Notes under the pieces: generated by a model
Told to the model about the DNA's origin: nothing
Seen by the model: only the letters and a program-made list of their open reading frames with translations
The model's database searches: none
Position numbers and translations under genes: made by a program
In this document: positions 32,313-41,565 of the stretch, piece after piece
Position numbering within the stretch: the stretch's first letter is position 1
Layout: each line of letters begins with the position of its first letter
From: Candidatus Moranbacteria bacterium RIFCSPHIGHO2_02_FULL_40_12b
GTDB lineage: Bacteria; Patescibacteriota; Minisyncoccia; Moranbacterales; 2-12-FULL-40-10
Direction of reading: 5' to 3'
Assembly (NCBI GenBank): GCA_001784725.1
Contig: MFRX01000009.1
Location: forward strand, 22,335-68,414
Length of the DNA: 46,080 nt

Positions 32313-32654
32313 ATGTTTGGTATAATACAAAATAAAAGGGGAGGTAAAAACATAAAATCACAAAATATTAAAATTATGCAAAAAACCAGCAAACAATTAG
32401 AGAGGCACTTCAAGGGAGTTGCCAATCACCACCGGATTGACATTTTATTACTGATTAAGAGTAATAGGGGAATAACACTGGATAAAATTTCCAGGAAATT
32501 GAGATGTAATATCAAAACCATATCCGAACACACCAGAAGATTGGTCCAAGCAGGGTTAGTCAATAAAAAATACTTCGGCAATTCAGTAAAACACTCTCTC
32601 ACGCCATACGGAGAAAAATTTTTTGACTTCATAAAACTATTCTCAAATTCTTAA
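32313..32654 (+). CDS. ArsR/SmtB-family winged-helix transcriptional regulator
   Basis: HHRIDILLLI...ITLDKISRKLRCNIKTISEHTRRLVQAGLVNKK matches the ArsR HTH pattern. The ATG at 32313 lies 6 nt after TGGTATAAT (possibly leaderless). An alternative start lies at 32376. Confidence 0.75.
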   Translation: MFGIIQNKRGGKNIKSQNIKIMQKTSKQLERHFKGVANHHRIDILLLIKSNRGITLDKISRKLRCNIKTISEHTRRLVQAGLVNKKYFGNSVKHSLTPYGEKFFDFIKLFSNS

Positions 32655-32672
32655 GAATTTGAGAATAGTTTT
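32633..32672. repeat. 40-nt perfect palindrome (copy 2), centred on the ArsR-like stop codon
   Basis: aaaactattctcaaattctt|aagaatttgagaatagtttt. The TAA stop (32652..32654) sits at the dyad centre. Confidence 0.9.
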
Positions 32673-32743
32673 TATTGCAGTATTATAAGGAGATTATCAA
32701 AACGATATTATGTAAGACAATAATTTTATAACTTTGTGATATT

Positions 32744-33973
32744 ATGCGCATCGCCATTCAGGCGGCGGATTTGGACGCCAGCCGCATTGACGGAACGAGA
32801 GTATATATTCTTAATCTGCTTCGGCGTTTTGGAAGCATTGCTCCCTGGGACGATTTTTATATTTATCATAAAAGCGAGTTTAATCCGGAGCTTATCCCGC
32901 CCAATTTCCCCAATTATAAAATAAAAAAAATAAAGTCGCCTTTACTTTGGACCCAGACGCGATTCGCCTGGGAATTATTAAAAGACAAGCCAGATGTTTT
33001 GTGGATGCCGATGCATAATATTCCCTTGATACGGAGCAAGAAAATAAAAACAGCGGTGACAGTCCATGATTTGGCTTACAAATATTTTCCTGATTACTTC
33101 CCTAGTAAAGATCTGTTTTTACTCAATTTGCTCGGTGATATGGCGATAAAAAATGCCAGCAAACTAATCGCTATTTCCGAATCGACTAAAAGGGATATTC
33201 TGAAGTTTTACCCCGCCGTCAAAGAAGAAAAAATCAAAGTTATTTATCACGGCTTTGACGCTGACTTATTCCAAAAAAATATTCCGACGGAAGAGAAAGA
33301 TTCCGTCCTAAAAAGCTACGACCTAAAGTCCAAGGGCTATATTCTATATTCCGGCGCCATTCAGCCGCGGAAAAATTTAGTCCGGCTTATCGAGGCCTTT
33401 GGGATATTTAAAAATAATACCTCATCGGATGTTAAATTGGTGTTAGCGGGCGAGAAGGCCTGGCTCTGGGAAAGTATCCTGGCTAAAGCCGAAAATAGTC
33501 CGTTTAAGGATGACATTATAATAACCGGAAAGCTAAAATTTAGCGATTTAAGCGTCCTTACCCGGTCGGCGGGGGTGTATGCATATCCTTCGCTTTATGA
33601 GGGTTTCGGCATGCCGATTTTGGAAGCGCAGTCGGCTGGCGTGCCGGTGGTGGCGGGGGATAATTCGTCTATTAGAGAAATAATTACCTTGCCATTCTCT
33701 CCTTGGATAAGGAGAGATGTCCCGGAGGGGCAGAGAGGTGGCGATGACGCATCCCAAGACCTCCCCCTAGCCCCCTCCTTATCAAGGAGGGGGGGTATGG
33801 AGTCCGCGATTCTCGCGGATCCTTCTGATGCCGAACAAATCGCCGAAGCCGCCTATAAATTAATTTCTGACAAAAATTTGAGAGATGATATAATAAAAAG
33901 GGGATATGAGAATGTGAAACGATTCTCATGGGAAAAATGCGCCAACGAAACGCTTGACTGGATGAAATCATAA
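32744..33973 (+). CDS. Glycosyltransferase, GT4 family, with an in-frame insertion of about 38 aa
   Basis: 409 aa with EGFGMPILEAQSAGVPVVAGDNSSIREI ... ILADPSDAEQIAEA. The insertion between REII and ESAILADP is encoded by a palindromic element. Confidence 0.85.
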   Translation: MRIAIQAADLDASRIDGTRVYILNLLRRFGSIAPWDDFYIYHKSEFNPELIPPNFPNYKIKKIKSPLLWTQTRFAWELLKDKPDVLWMPMHNIPLIRSKKIKTAVTVHDLAYKYFPDYFPSKDLFLLNLLGDMAIKNASKLIAISESTKRDILKFYPAVKEEKIKVIYHGFDADLFQKNIPTEEKDSVLKSYDLKSKGYILYSGAIQPRKNLVRLIEAFGIFKNNTSSDVKLVLAGEKAWLWESILAKAENSPFKDDIIITGKLKFSDLSVLTRSAGVYAYPSLYEGFGMPILEAQSAGVPVVAGDNSSIREIITLPFSPWIRRDVPEGQRGGDDASQDLPLAPSLSRRGGMESAILADPSDAEQIAEAAYKLISDKNLRDDIIKRGYENVKRFSWEKCANETLDWMKS

Positions 33974-34441
33974 TTTTTCCTTCTTTTCCACCATGAGTTT
34001 ATAAAAATAATAAATCAGCGCGGCCGAAACAGCGGTTATAATAATATTTTGCCAAGTCGTGAATTTTATCAGGGAATTTGCCGTGAAGCTGATGATTAAA
34101 ATCAAAAAAATAATTTTCAAGGGTAAATTTATCCGGAAAGTTCCTTTTTCTTCAAGGCGAATTTTTTTGTTTCCCAGATAATAGATTGCGCCTAAAACAG
34201 AAAAAACCAGGAAAATTATTTTTGTAAAGCTGATTTCGGCGGAAAAAATTCCAGGCAACGCGCTGTCCGCGGCCAGAAGCGCGAAAAATACAATCAAAAG
34301 AAGGAAAAGAATGTCGTGAAGAATCTTAAAAGCCAGTTTCCAAAAATTTTCATCTTTGGATATTTTTGTAAAAAAATCAGGGATTTTTGTCAGCCGTTTT
34401 TTCGCGCTTACCGAAGATATTTCAATTTTTTCGTTCTCCAT
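33968..34441 (-). CDS. Hypothetical integral membrane protein
   Basis: 157 aa with four hydrophobic helices. Overlaps its neighbours by a few nt (operon-like). Confidence 0.55.
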   Translation of the reverse strand: MENEKIEISSVSAKKRLTKIPDFFTKISKDENFWKLAFKILHDILFLLLIVFFALLAADSALPGIFSAEISFTKIIFLVFSVLGAIYYLGNKKIRLEEKGTFRINLPLKIIFLILIISFTANSLIKFTTWQNIIITAVSAALIYYFYKLMVEKKEKL

Positions 34442-35768
34442 AATATTTTTGGATTAACCGCTTTTTAATTTCCGAAAGAGCGCCTTTTAAATTTGGCCAA
34501 TTCAGCTTTCTTTCAAAAGAAACCGATATTTCTTTTATTTGTATGTCCGAATCATTGGAAAATGTCAGCTGATAGTCATTGCCGGTAAATAAACTTATTC
34601 CCTCAAGCGACATATTGCAAAAATATTTTTTTGAAATCCCAAAGCGCTTTTCCAAATGGCAAAGGTTTTTGGTGACAAGGCCTTCCTTTTCAGCGATAAT
34701 GGGCGATTTTTTCAGATAGGACTTCAGGATTGAAACACTGGGTATCAAGCGCTTCCGGCCTCCTTTAATATAATAGTAGTCCTCCGTATTCCGGGCTAAA
34801 AATATTGTCCCGTCCGGCTGTGGTTGGAAAATAGTGAAGATTTTAGTTTTTTCATAGATGCCGATTTCTTCTCCGCTGGCCGGGATGACGTCATCCCAGG
34901 AATATCCCATTGAATTGAAGGTGAACTCGCTGTCTATTGGAATTTTTTTGTTTCCGCTGATTATATAAGCCGAATCCGCGTAGGAAACCAAAGTCCCATC
35001 GGCAAAACCCAAAAATTCGTCCGCCACCGGATATTTTTCAAGAAAATCAGGATTTTTTTGAATGGCTTGATTTATTTCGTAGTTCGTCAAATAAGCCCTA
35101 GCGCTTACGAATTTATATAACTTTTCATTTTTAAGCTGGTAGTAATCGTCGTCAACGCGGAAAAGGGAGCCCTCCGGATAATTCTTATCGTCAGAAATAT
35201 TTTTTCCCTCGCCATTGAATTGCAATTCCATTTCGTTAGTATCACTGAAAGAGGATGGATTGTACCCGAGATACTTTGCGATTTGAGGCGAATCAAATTT
35301 TCTCCTTTTGCCGCCGGAAATTATATAATAATTGTCCGGTGTCTTGAGAAGTTCGCCTTCTTTGAATCCCATTGGATCTCCCAGAGGATAAAAAAACGCC
35401 TGATATGATTTTTTGGCTGAAATAATCCCATTAACAACCGGATTAGATCCGCTTTCCAGTATTATTTCTATTTTTAAATTGGAAAAATTGCCGATTACTG
35501 CCGAATCAAAAATCATCTTTTCTTTTTTTCCCAGCTTGCCTTGGGCTGCCGCGCCGCCGTCTTCCAATCGCGGAGAAATTATGGTGTTTTTCAGCGCGCC
35601 GGCGGCGCGGAAGAAAAATCCGAAATCCGCCTTGGGAAAAAGCACCCGCAGCGTCAAATAAATCAGGGAAATGATAAAAATTAGATACACGAAAAATTTC
35701 GCAATCAAATAAATTTTTTTCCATTGGCGTTCAAGCTTAATTTCTTTGGTAAAATCGAGCATAGGCAT
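34422..35768 (-). CDS. Hypothetical protein with an N-terminal membrane anchor
   Basis: 448-aa ORF with one TM segment (IYLIAKFFVYLIFIISLIYLTL). No motif recognised. Confidence 0.55.
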   Translation of the reverse strand: MPMLDFTKEIKLERQWKKIYLIAKFFVYLIFIISLIYLTLRVLFPKADFGFFFRAAGALKNTIISPRLEDGGAAAQGKLGKKEKMIFDSAVIGNFSNLKIEIILESGSNPVVNGIISAKKSYQAFFYPLGDPMGFKEGELLKTPDNYYIISGGKRRKFDSPQIAKYLGYNPSSFSDTNEMELQFNGEGKNISDDKNYPEGSLFRVDDDYYQLKNEKLYKFVSARAYLTNYEINQAIQKNPDFLEKYPVADEFLGFADGTLVSYADSAYIISGNKKIPIDSEFTFNSMGYSWDDVIPASGEEIGIYEKTKIFTIFQPQPDGTIFLARNTEDYYYIKGGRKRLIPSVSILKSYLKKSPIIAEKEGLVTKNLCHLEKRFGISKKYFCNMSLEGISLFTGNDYQLTFSNDSDIQIKEISVSFERKLNWPNLKGALSEIKKRLIQKYYGERKN

Positions 35769-35770
35769 TA

Positions 35771-35857
35771 GGACTTACCCGTTTGCAGACATCCGATGTC
35801 TTTCGGTCGTTATGGTCGTGAGACATCGGATGTCTAATAAACCAAACGCGTAAGTCC
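35771..35857. repeat. 87-nt nested palindromic element (copy 1)
   Basis: Outer inverted repeat GGACTTACCCGTTTGC / CAAACGCGTAAGTCC. Inner palindromes AGACATCCGATGTCT and AGACATCGGATGTCT. Confidence 0.9.
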
Positions 35858-35880
35858 CATGTATAATAAAAATAAAAAAT

Positions 35881-37659
35881 TTACTTCATAATCTCATAAA
35901 TTTTTCCGTTTGTTTCACTGGATGCGATTTCAGGAGAGCTTATGGAGTCCTGGCCGGACATGTTCGCGATTTTCAGGCGGCTGGCTGAAAGAAAGTATGA
36001 ATTGGCGTATACCAACTGGTATTCTGAATTAAGTTTGTCGTATAAAATTGAGCCGCTGTCCGGAACTGCCAAATAAATTTTATCAAATTTTCGCGCGTTG
36101 ATTTTTTTTAAATCAGAAGGATTGAAAAAGTATACCGCGTTTTTGCCAAAAAGAAAACTCGCCGGTCCGGTTATCATCGACCATCCGTCGCCGCTGGCAA
36201 GCCGGTCGACTAAAATGAGATCATTGCCGGAAAATTGCTGGGAGAATTCCTTGGTCTTCGCCAGAAGATTATCGTTTTCGGAGAAAGCGAGGTATTTCGC
36301 GAAGGAGGGGATATTCAGGATTATCAGAATGATAATTGAACCCGAAAAAATTAATTTTTTCTTTTCTTCCAGCCGGTTATTCAGGAATAAAACCGTGTAG
36401 AAGATAAGAGCCGGAAGAACCGCGAAGACATAGCGGCGGAGCATCCAGGGGTGGTCGGACGAGATATTGGAGTCAATGAGGTAAAGAAAAGCCGGCGCGG
36501 CGATAACGAAAGGAATAATCTCCGAAAACCTTTTCTTTTTGAGAAAATACCCTATTCCTATGATTCCCAAAATTAAGTACTGCAAAATTCCGTAGGCAAA
36601 AAATATTCCGGTGGCGCGGGAAGCGGGATTGAGATATCTTTCCGGGATGCTCCCTCCGCTTTTGGGCAGAAAATCAAATATTTTCAGCGCGGCTTTTCCT
36701 ATTTCCTTGAAAAAGGGAAAGTTGGCAAAAAAATCAATAACTAAAATCACGGCCAGCGCCAAGGCGGGAAATAAAATCCTTTTATATTTTTCAGCCACTA
36801 AGAATTTCCTTGCTTCTTTATTAATAAACAAAATCAAAACAGCCATAAGGAGAAAAGCGAATCCTTCAACGCGGGTAAAGGCGATTAATCCGAACGCGAG
36901 CGCGGCGGAAAAAAAATAAAAATCGTTTTTTTCCTTCAGGAAAACAATGAGTTCCAGTATTCCGATCCAAAGGAGCGCCAGCGCCATATTCTCGCTTAAA
37001 GTGTATTTGAAAAACCACATAAAAGAAAAAGAAGTTGCGGATATTATTAATACAGCCGCTGAAGCGGGGATTTTCAAAAACTGGCGGGAAAGAAAATAAA
37101 AAGCGGAAAAAAAGAGGAACAATAATATGGCATTTGCCATAACAAGTCCGAATAATCCCAGTAAAGAATAAAAAATTCCGAGCCACGCGATATAAACCAG
37201 CGGAAATTGAGTCACAAGGTTTCCTTTAGCGTCATAATAAAATCCCGGAAAATTAAGCGCTTTGCCTGGACGGTATGCCCGAAAAAATTCTTTGCTGGCG
37301 GATGTTTCAAATTCCAATTTATGATTTTGCTCCAGGCGGATTGCCGCTTCGCTTATTGATCCCTGATCGCGGCCGGAAAAAATCGTGGGTGTGACAAAAA
37401 AAGAAAAAATAGCCGTTATTAAAAAAGACGAAAGAAGCGCGCAGCGGAATTCAAAAGAAAGGCGGGAAATTATCTTTTTTCCCGCCATAAAATAAAGCAA
37501 TGATGCCGCCCCCAAGAAAAAATAAGCGGCAAAAAGCGCTTTGTAAAAAATTCCGAAAAGCGCCGAAATAAACCCCAGCCAGCCTAGGACAACCCAGAAA
37601 AGCGCGAAAATTATGAAAATTTTATAATCAAAAGCCGATAGCTTGTTTTTTTTCATCAT
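35881..37659 (-). CDS. Polytopic membrane glycosyltransferase, PMT/ArnT-like (GT39/GT83-type)
   Basis: About 592 aa from MMKKNK, with at least 12 hydrophobic helices and a soluble C-terminal domain. The assignment rests on architecture only. The ORF-track N-terminus (to 37851) reads through the palindromic element and is rejected. Confidence 0.55.
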   Translation of the reverse strand: MMKKNKLSAFDYKIFIIFALFWVVLGWLGFISALFGIFYKALFAAYFFLGAASLLYFMAGKKIISRLSFEFRCALLSSFLITAIFSFFVTPTIFSGRDQGSISEAAIRLEQNHKLEFETSASKEFFRAYRPGKALNFPGFYYDAKGNLVTQFPLVYIAWLGIFYSLLGLFGLVMANAILLFLFFSAFYFLSRQFLKIPASAAVLIISATSFSFMWFFKYTLSENMALALLWIGILELIVFLKEKNDFYFFSAALAFGLIAFTRVEGFAFLLMAVLILFINKEARKFLVAEKYKRILFPALALAVILVIDFFANFPFFKEIGKAALKIFDFLPKSGGSIPERYLNPASRATGIFFAYGILQYLILGIIGIGYFLKKKRFSEIIPFVIAAPAFLYLIDSNISSDHPWMLRRYVFAVLPALIFYTVLFLNNRLEEKKKLIFSGSIIILIILNIPSFAKYLAFSENDNLLAKTKEFSQQFSGNDLILVDRLASGDGWSMITGPASFLFGKNAVYFFNPSDLKKINARKFDKIYLAVPDSGSILYDKLNSEYQLVYANSYFLSASRLKIANMSGQDSISSPEIASSETNGKIYEIMK

Positions 37660-37727
37660 CTTGATTATATCCGTAATTCTGTATGTTTGCAAAAGAAGTT
37701 TTATTGGGATAAAATTGAGTAGAAATA

Positions 37728-37814
37728 GGACTTGCCCGTTTGCTTCTCTGGACATCCGATGTCTCGCGACTATAACAGCCGAAAGACATCGGATGTCCGC
37801 AAACGCGAAAGTCC
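37728..37814. repeat. 87-nt nested palindromic element (copy 2, centre inverted relative to copy 1)
   Basis: GGACTTGCCCGTTTGC ... GACATCCGATGTC ... GACATCGGATGTC ... GCAAACGCGAAAGTCC. The central spacer is the reverse complement of the copy 1 spacer. Confidence 0.9.
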
Positions 37815-37879
37815 TAAGAGATTTAAATTTTTTTCGCCAGTTTGGGTTCAATTTCGCTGTTTAAAGCGGTCAAATAAAA

Positions 37880-40336
37880 ATGAAAACAAAAAAGAATTTT
37901 TTTCTTTGGTATTATACCGGCGGGCTGGAAGGTTATCTTGAAATTTGGAAAAATTTCATCCGTTTTTTTTGGCGTTATTTTTCAGTCAAAGATATTCTTT
38001 TTACCTTATTTTCTCCATGGAAGCGGGATGTCATATTCCATTATTGGCGGGGATTACAGCCCCTGAAATCAATTGAGACATTGATAGAAAATTTTTTTTC
38101 CCGCTTTGTCGGGCTGATAGTCCGGACTTTTGTTGTCGCAGCAGGATCAATCATTACTTTAATCACGGCTGCCTCGGGGCTTGTTTTATTGCTTGTTTTA
38201 ATTGCCTATCCGGCTGTCGCTTTGGTAATTATTGCCAAACTCATCCAGGGAAATAGTGGCTTTATATTTGCCGCAATTTCGCTTTTAATTTTCTTTTTAG
38301 TAATGCTAATTTCGTATCTCATAGGCAGGAAGCCAAATTATCGCGCAATGAATATCCAAGAAATTTTAGGGAGCCGCCTTGGAGAAAGAATTTTGAACCG
38401 GCTGGGCAAAACAAAGGAAGAGGTTGACGTGAAAATATTTGAAAATCAGGGAACGGTCCGTGAATTTTTAAATTCATTGAATCTATCGGAAAGCGATTTC
38501 GAAGGCCTGATAAGAAAGGAGGCGAATCGGGCGGATGGACTGGAAAAAACGGGCAGATTTTGGCTTTGGGAAAATTTGCGCAAAATTATGCCCATAGGAA
38601 GATACTGGAAATACGCCTATACCGTCCAATTGGATAAGTATTCTCTCGATTTGTCTCAAGCCGACTATACTCAATACAGAAATTACGACTTGATAGCCAG
38701 GGAAAAGGAATTTAAAGTAATGAAACTGGTTCTGGAAAGGCCGGCGCAAAATAACGTTCTGCTGGTCGGAGAGCCGGGCATCGGGAAGAAAACCATAATT
38801 CATTATCTGGCAAAAATGATCAGGCAGTATAAGGCGGAAGAAATATTAAACAACAAGCGGGTGTTAATTTTTGATTTGGGAGGAGCGATTGCCCATTTTG
38901 TCAATGAAGGATTTGATGTTGAGAATGAAATTAGGAAAATTTTCAATGAAGCGGCGTACGCGGGGAATGTGATTTTAGTGCTTGAAAACATAGGAAATTA
39001 TATTTTTGAGAGAAGTGATAATTTTCATTTCAGTGTTTCAAAAGTACTGGTTGAATTTCTGGACATTCCTACTTTTCAGATTATCGCCACATCCAGTGTT
39101 TCTGACTATCATCAACTGGTTGAAAGATCGGAAGAAATGGTGAAATTTTTTGACGTGATTGAAATGAGGGAACCCGATGAAAATGAAACTATTGATATTC
39201 TTTACCAATTTTTCAGACCGATTGAAAGGAAAAGAGCCATCTTTGCTTACGAAGGATTTAAGGCCGTAATAGACGCTTCCGGAAAATATAATTGGAATTC
39301 GGTTCTTCCAGAGCGGGCGATCGACCTGGCGGAGGAGGTCTTGATTTATTGGGAAAAAAATTCCGGCGCTCCTTTCATTGGATCCGATGCGGTGAATGAA
39401 TTTATTACCCTGAAAACCGGAATTCCGCTCGGAAAAATAGGCAAAAACGAACAGGATAAACTGCTGAATTTGGAAAAAATAATGCACCAGAGGATAGTCG
39501 GGCAGGATGAAGCGGTCCATATGGTTTCCGAAGCGCTTCGCAAGGCCCGCACCGGAATTACCAATGCGAAAAAACCGATGGGAAGTTTTCTTTTTCTCGG
39601 ACCCACCGGAGTTGGTAAAACGGAAACGGCAAAAACACTGGCGGAAGTATATTTCGGGCAGGAGGACAAAATGATCCGGCTGGATATGAGCGAATACCAG
39701 CATACGTCTTCAATTGACCGGATCATCGGTTCCGCCCAAACAGGCCAGCCCGGCCAGCTTTCTTCCAAAGTGAAGGACAATCCGTACGCGGTGCTGCTTT
39801 TGGATGAAATTGAGAAGGCCTATCCGACTATTCTGGACTTATTTCTGCAGATTCTGGATGAAGGTTTTATTACCGACGCTTTCGGGGAAAAAATAAATTT
39901 CAGAAATATGATGATTGCGGCTACTTCCAACGCGGGAGCGCCGCTGATCAAGAAATTAGTCGAGCAAAACACCGATCCGAAAGAAATTTCAAAGCAATTA
40001 ATTGATCATGTAATTGAAAATAATATTTTCCGGCCGGAATTCCTGAACAGGTTTGACGGAGTGATATTTTTCCGGCCACTTAATAATAAGGAAATTAAAA
40101 ATGTCACAAAACTTATCCTCAAGGATTTCGCTTCCCGCCTCAAAAAGGAAAAAAACATAGAGATTGAATTCGAAGACAGCGTAGTTGAAAAAATTGTGGA
40201 ACAGGGATATAATCAGATATTCGGAGCGAGATCGATTTACCATTTTATCGAAGATAAAATAGATGACCTGGTTATAAAAAAAGTAATTTCGGGTGACTAT
40301 AAGAAAGGGGACAAGATAAATATTTCAGACATATAA
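37880..40336 (+). CDS. Clp/Hsp100-type double AAA+ ATPase with an N-terminal transmembrane region
   Basis: 818 aa. The first nucleotide-binding module (D1) has P-loop GEPGIGKKT. The second (D2) has GPTGVGKTETAKTLAE and LLLDEIEKA, plus sensor motifs. The N-terminal 160 aa or so contain 3 to 4 hydrophobic helices in place of a Clp N-domain. Confidence 0.85.
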   Translation: MKTKKNFFLWYYTGGLEGYLEIWKNFIRFFWRYFSVKDILFTLFSPWKRDVIFHYWRGLQPLKSIETLIENFFSRFVGLIVRTFVVAAGSIITLITAASGLVLLLVLIAYPAVALVIIAKLIQGNSGFIFAAISLLIFFLVMLISYLIGRKPNYRAMNIQEILGSRLGERILNRLGKTKEEVDVKIFENQGTVREFLNSLNLSESDFEGLIRKEANRADGLEKTGRFWLWENLRKIMPIGRYWKYAYTVQLDKYSLDLSQADYTQYRNYDLIAREKEFKVMKLVLERPAQNNVLLVGEPGIGKKTIIHYLAKMIRQYKAEEILNNKRVLIFDLGGAIAHFVNEGFDVENEIRKIFNEAAYAGNVILVLENIGNYIFERSDNFHFSVSKVLVEFLDIPTFQIIATSSVSDYHQLVERSEEMVKFFDVIEMREPDENETIDILYQFFRPIERKRAIFAYEGFKAVIDASGKYNWNSVLPERAIDLAEEVLIYWEKNSGAPFIGSDAVNEFITLKTGIPLGKIGKNEQDKLLNLEKIMHQRIVGQDEAVHMVSEALRKARTGITNAKKPMGSFLFLGPTGVGKTETAKTLAEVYFGQEDKMIRLDMSEYQHTSSIDRIIGSAQTGQPGQLSSKVKDNPYAVLLLDEIEKAYPTILDLFLQILDEGFITDAFGEKINFRNMMIAATSNAGAPLIKKLVEQNTDPKEISKQLIDHVIENNIFRPEFLNRFDGVIFFRPLNNKEIKNVTKLILKDFASRLKKEKNIEIEFEDSVVEKIVEQGYNQIFGARSIYHFIEDKIDDLVIKKVISGDYKKGDKINISDI

Positions 40337-40367
40337 CTAACAACTAATAACCAACAACTAACGACGA

Positions 40368-41558
40368 ATGTTAAAAATTCTTATGGTGGCTCCAACGCCA
40401 TTTTTTGCTGACCGGGGAACCCATATCCGGATTTTGGAAGAAGCGCTGGCGCTGGAAAAAAAGGGACACGAAATCACTATCGCCACTTATCACATCGGCA
40501 GGGATATCGGAAGCGAAGTGAAAACAAAGATCGACGTCCGGAGAATTCTGCGGCTTCTTTTTTGGTATAAGAAACTGGAAGCCGGGCCGGACTGGCAGAA
40601 AATAATTCTGGATCTGATGCTCATCCGGAAAGTTTTTTATTTGGCGCGGAAAAAGAAACCGGACATAATTCATGGCCATCTTCACGAAGGCGTGCTTATC
40701 GGCTGGATAGTCCAGAAATTATTATTTTGGAAAAAAATAAAATTAGTAGCTGATTTTCACGGGAGCTTGACGAGAGAAATGGTGTCGCACAGTTATCTTA
40801 GAAGCGGACTATTAAAATATATTTTTGGATTTCTGGAAGGCCTTATTAATAATCTTGGTAATTTTGCGATTGCCAGTTCCTGGGAATACGCGGAGGAATT
40901 AAGAAAGACCCGCCGGGATGGGAAAGTAGCGGTGGTTTTAGACGGAGTAAATTTTGATTATTACCGCCATCTTCCCTCAAAAGAAAATTTAAAAAGGGAT
41001 TTGGAACTGCCGCTGGATAAAATGATTATCACCTATACCGGAGCGCTGGTGGCGAATAAAGGGATAAAATTTTTGTTTGATTCAATCCCGTTGGTTCTAA
41101 ATAGAAACACAAACTCCTATTTTATCATTGCCGGATTTCCCGTTGAAAGCGCGGAGAATTTCATAAAAGAAAACAAATTGGAACATTCCGCGCGTCTCGT
41201 TTACCCCCTGAATTATTTTAATCTTCCCGAAATTTTGGCGGCCAGCGATATCGCGGTAGATCCTAAGGATTCGTCTACGCGCCAAGCCAGCGGAAAAATT
41301 TTGCAATACATGGCGGCGGGGTTGCCGGTGGTTTGTTTTGACCGGGAAAATAACCGGAATTATCTGGGCGAGGGAGGATCTTACAGCCGGGAAATATCAG
41401 GAAAGGGGATAGCGGATTCCATACTTGATTTAATCAATAATCCAGGCGATATAATGGCCAAAGGCGAAATAAACCGGAAAAGAGCCGAAAATTTCAGCTG
41501 GGGCAAATCCGCAAATCAAATTGAAGGAATTTATAATTTAGTAGCTAACATTCGTTAA
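40368..41558 (+). CDS. Glycosyltransferase, GT4 family
   Basis: 396 aa. N-terminus ILMVAPTPFFADRGTHIRI and a GT-B C-terminal domain (ASGKILQYMAAGLPVV). Confidence 0.8.
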   Translation: MLKILMVAPTPFFADRGTHIRILEEALALEKKGHEITIATYHIGRDIGSEVKTKIDVRRILRLLFWYKKLEAGPDWQKIILDLMLIRKVFYLARKKKPDIIHGHLHEGVLIGWIVQKLLFWKKIKLVADFHGSLTREMVSHSYLRSGLLKYIFGFLEGLINNLGNFAIASSWEYAEELRKTRRDGKVAVVLDGVNFDYYRHLPSKENLKRDLELPLDKMIITYTGALVANKGIKFLFDSIPLVLNRNTNSYFIIAGFPVESAENFIKENKLEHSARLVYPLNYFNLPEILAASDIAVDPKDSSTRQASGKILQYMAAGLPVVCFDRENNRNYLGEGGSYSREISGKGIADSILDLINNPGDIMAKGEINRKRAENFSWGKSANQIEGIYNLVANIR

Positions 41559-41565
41559 TTTTTTT

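Noticed and set aside
37660-37851. N-terminal 64 aa of the ORF-track call for the PMT-like gene
   Set aside because: The extension is a read-through of the 87-nt palindromic element (translation ...FADIRCLSAVIVARHRMSREANGQ...). The hydrophobic protein proper starts at MMKKNK (37659).
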